A stretch of 53,469 bases of DNA, from assembly GCA_963575745.1 (NCBI GenBank), contig CAUYUJ010000312.1:62001-115469 (forward strand), given 5' to 3'. Below are positions 51,771 through 53,469 of this stretch, piece after piece. The position numbers and the translations under genes were made by a program. Origin of the DNA: Prorocentrum cordatum (lineage: Eukaryota). The notes below the pieces were generated by a model. It ran no database searches, was not told the DNA's origin, and worked only from the letters and a program-made list of their open reading frames with translations. Position 1 is the first letter of the stretch; every line of letters begins with the position of its first letter.

Positions 51771-52529
51771 TGGTCCTCTCGGAGCTCCACGCCCGCTGGG
51801 CAGGGAGCGGGTGGGCGGGACCGGGGAGGCACGGAGAGGGGGGAGAGGGAGGAGGGGACCGGGCCAGGGCAGGGATGGGGGCGGGCAGGGCGAGAGGGGC
51901 ATGGGAAGGGGGGAGGGAGCGAGGCATGGGAAGGGGGGAGGGAGCGAGGCATGGGAAGGGGGGAGGGAGGCCGGGGCTGGTGGCCGACGAGAGGAGGGAC
52001 CGGGGCATGGGAAGGGGGGAGGGAGCGAGGGCGGCGTGGGAAGTGGAGTGGGAAGTGGAGTGGTGGCAGGAGCATTGGCCCATCGCGAAGTCTGACAGCG
52101 AAGGGCCCATCGCGAAGTCTGACAGCGAAGGGGAAGATCATGCCGAGTGCGAGGAAGGCATGCTTGCAGACGCCCACGGATCTTCACACCGACTTCGGGT
52201 CTCTCGGCCACCAGCCGGCATGGGAGCGGAAAGGCATCGGAGACCACGCTCAGGCTGGGGAAAGCCGATCCCACGTGTGGCAGAAGTACTTTCGGGCCTG
52301 CTGCTACACCGAGAGCGGTGAAGCAACGTGTGCGAGCGCTTGGTATTTTCGGCCCGACCCAGGAGTCGGGCTGCAGACCCAGGGGCAACCTGCCGAGGTG
52401 TCAGTCACCACCTTAGAGGGGCGCGCAGAGGTGCACGTACATGCGGACGCAGACGCACCACTGCAGCCCAGCACTCGGAGTAAACCCGGGGTGCCGAAGC
52501 ACAACTGCCATCTCTCGAGACCCTGCTGC

Positions 52530-52583
52530 CCTAGGATGGACGTCCCCGCTAATGTCGAACTGGAACCAGGATACCCCGTAGAC
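52530..52583 (-). CDS. Candidate exon VYGVSWFQFDISGDVHPR (3' boundary uncertain)
   Basis: Begins at CAG|GT inside the left direct repeat and continues the frame of 52801-52878; possible AGG|GC donor. Confidence 0.4.
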
Positions 52584-52592
52584 CTGGACTTT

Positions 52593-52793
52593 GGTAGGGG
52601 AACGAGAAATGACATACACATAAAAACCCGGAGGTCCGCGCGGATTTCTTGGATCCGCGCTGGACCACCCTCCCTGGCGCGCGGAGTGCGCAAGGGGCGG
52701 CGCCGAAGGCGCCGCCAGGGGGCCCCAGCGCGGATCCGAGAAGTCCGCGCGGACCTCCGAGTTTTTATGCTCATGTCGTTGGTCGTTCCCTGA
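52593..52793. mobile_element. 201-bp TIR element flanked by 16-bp direct repeats; candidate introner
   Basis: ~65-bp TIRs (GGGAACGA...CATAAAAAC.CGGAGGTCCGCGCGGA.TTCT.GGATCCGCGCTGG); DR CGTAGACCTGGACTTT at 52577-52592 and 52794-52809; internal hairpin GGCGGCGCC-GAA-GGCGCCGCC. Confidence 0.88.
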
Positions 52794-52800
52794 CGTAGAC

Positions 52801-52878
52801 CTGGACTTTTGTGCTCCTTCGCCGCCAGACGAGAAGCATGGTGCCGACGGTGCCCTCGATAGACGAGAAGCGGCAGCC
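52801..52878 (-). CDS. Candidate exon GCRFSSIEGTVGTMLLVWRRRSTKVQ, product unknown
   Basis: CCAG|G acceptor and CAG|GT donor, 26 whole codons mostly ending in G/C, protein-like composition. Confidence 0.45.
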
Positions 52879-53388
52879 CTGGCGCCACCCGGAAGGCCAC
52901 GAGGCGAGGCGAGGACCGCAGCCCGGGACAGCCCGCGCGAGCCACGCGGAGCCCCCGCAGGCTGCTGCAGGAGGCCCGCGGGAGGGAGGGCAGGACGGGA
53001 GTGCAAGGGCCGGCCGCGCGCAGACGGGGGCTGACTTTTGGTCGGTTGAACATTTTGTTCTCGAAATTCAACAATTCGTTAGAGCTCTAGTATTTTTTCC
53101 CATGGTATTCGATCTTATTCCCGCTCGCCATCTTGATCTGAGCTCGATCGGGTCTCTTTACTGCCAAAAAGCAGGCAGGCGATCGGCCGTATGGGGGAGG
53201 GGACAAGGCCTTCTAGAAGCACCCCTGCTTCCTGCAGGCGCGGGCCTTCCCTCTGCGCGTAAGGCCGGCGCCCTTCTACAGAAGCGGCCCCCTTCCAAGA
53301 AGTCTTCCCCCCTCCCCCTGCCCCCTTGTGCGCGCCGCCAGGCGGGGTGGGAGCGAGGGCGGAAGGGCGGGGGGAAGGAAGGATGAGA

Positions 53389-53418
53389 TGTGTGTGTGTG
53401 TGCGTGTGTGTGTGTGTG

Positions 53419-53461
<43 letters not shown>

Positions 53462-53469
53462 GTGTGTGT
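53389..53469. repeat. (GT)n microsatellite running off the window end
   Basis: Direct inspection. Confidence 0.98.

Noticed and set aside
49991..52793. Long ORFs of 728, 584, 406 and 387 aa
   Set aside because: Dominated by poly-I/S/H/D from (GAT)n; no domain-like sequence

Overview
This is repeat-saturated eukaryotic genomic DNA, not prokaryotic. The GC-rich content, long trinucleotide tracts, short coding-like islands bounded by AG|G acceptors and GT/GC donors, and large spacers resemble a dinoflagellate such as Prorocentrum (inference only). Almost all supplied ORFs are microsatellite or satellite artefacts, and I found no rRNA, tRNA, CRISPR array or intact transposase/RT gene. The window contains: (i) long (TAG)n, (GTT)n, (GAG)n, (GAT/GCT)n and (TATG)n tracts; (ii) tandem satellites with ~21, ~77, ~82, ~101 and ~370-400 bp units; (iii) a head-to-tail cluster of 0.7-1.8 kb non-coding modules that share terminal motifs and are separated by (GTT)n; (iv) many 80-220 bp fold-back/TIR elements (MITE-like); (v) a few candidate exons of a fragmented gene, probably on the minus strand. 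The most notable signal is five TIR elements each flanked by unusually long direct repeats of the target (16, ~40, 41, ~59 and 131 bp). In two of these the duplicated target contains CAG|GT or CAG|GC, so splicing between the two copies would exactly restore an open, protein-like frame, i.e. introner-like intron creation. All coordinates and alignments were made by eye.
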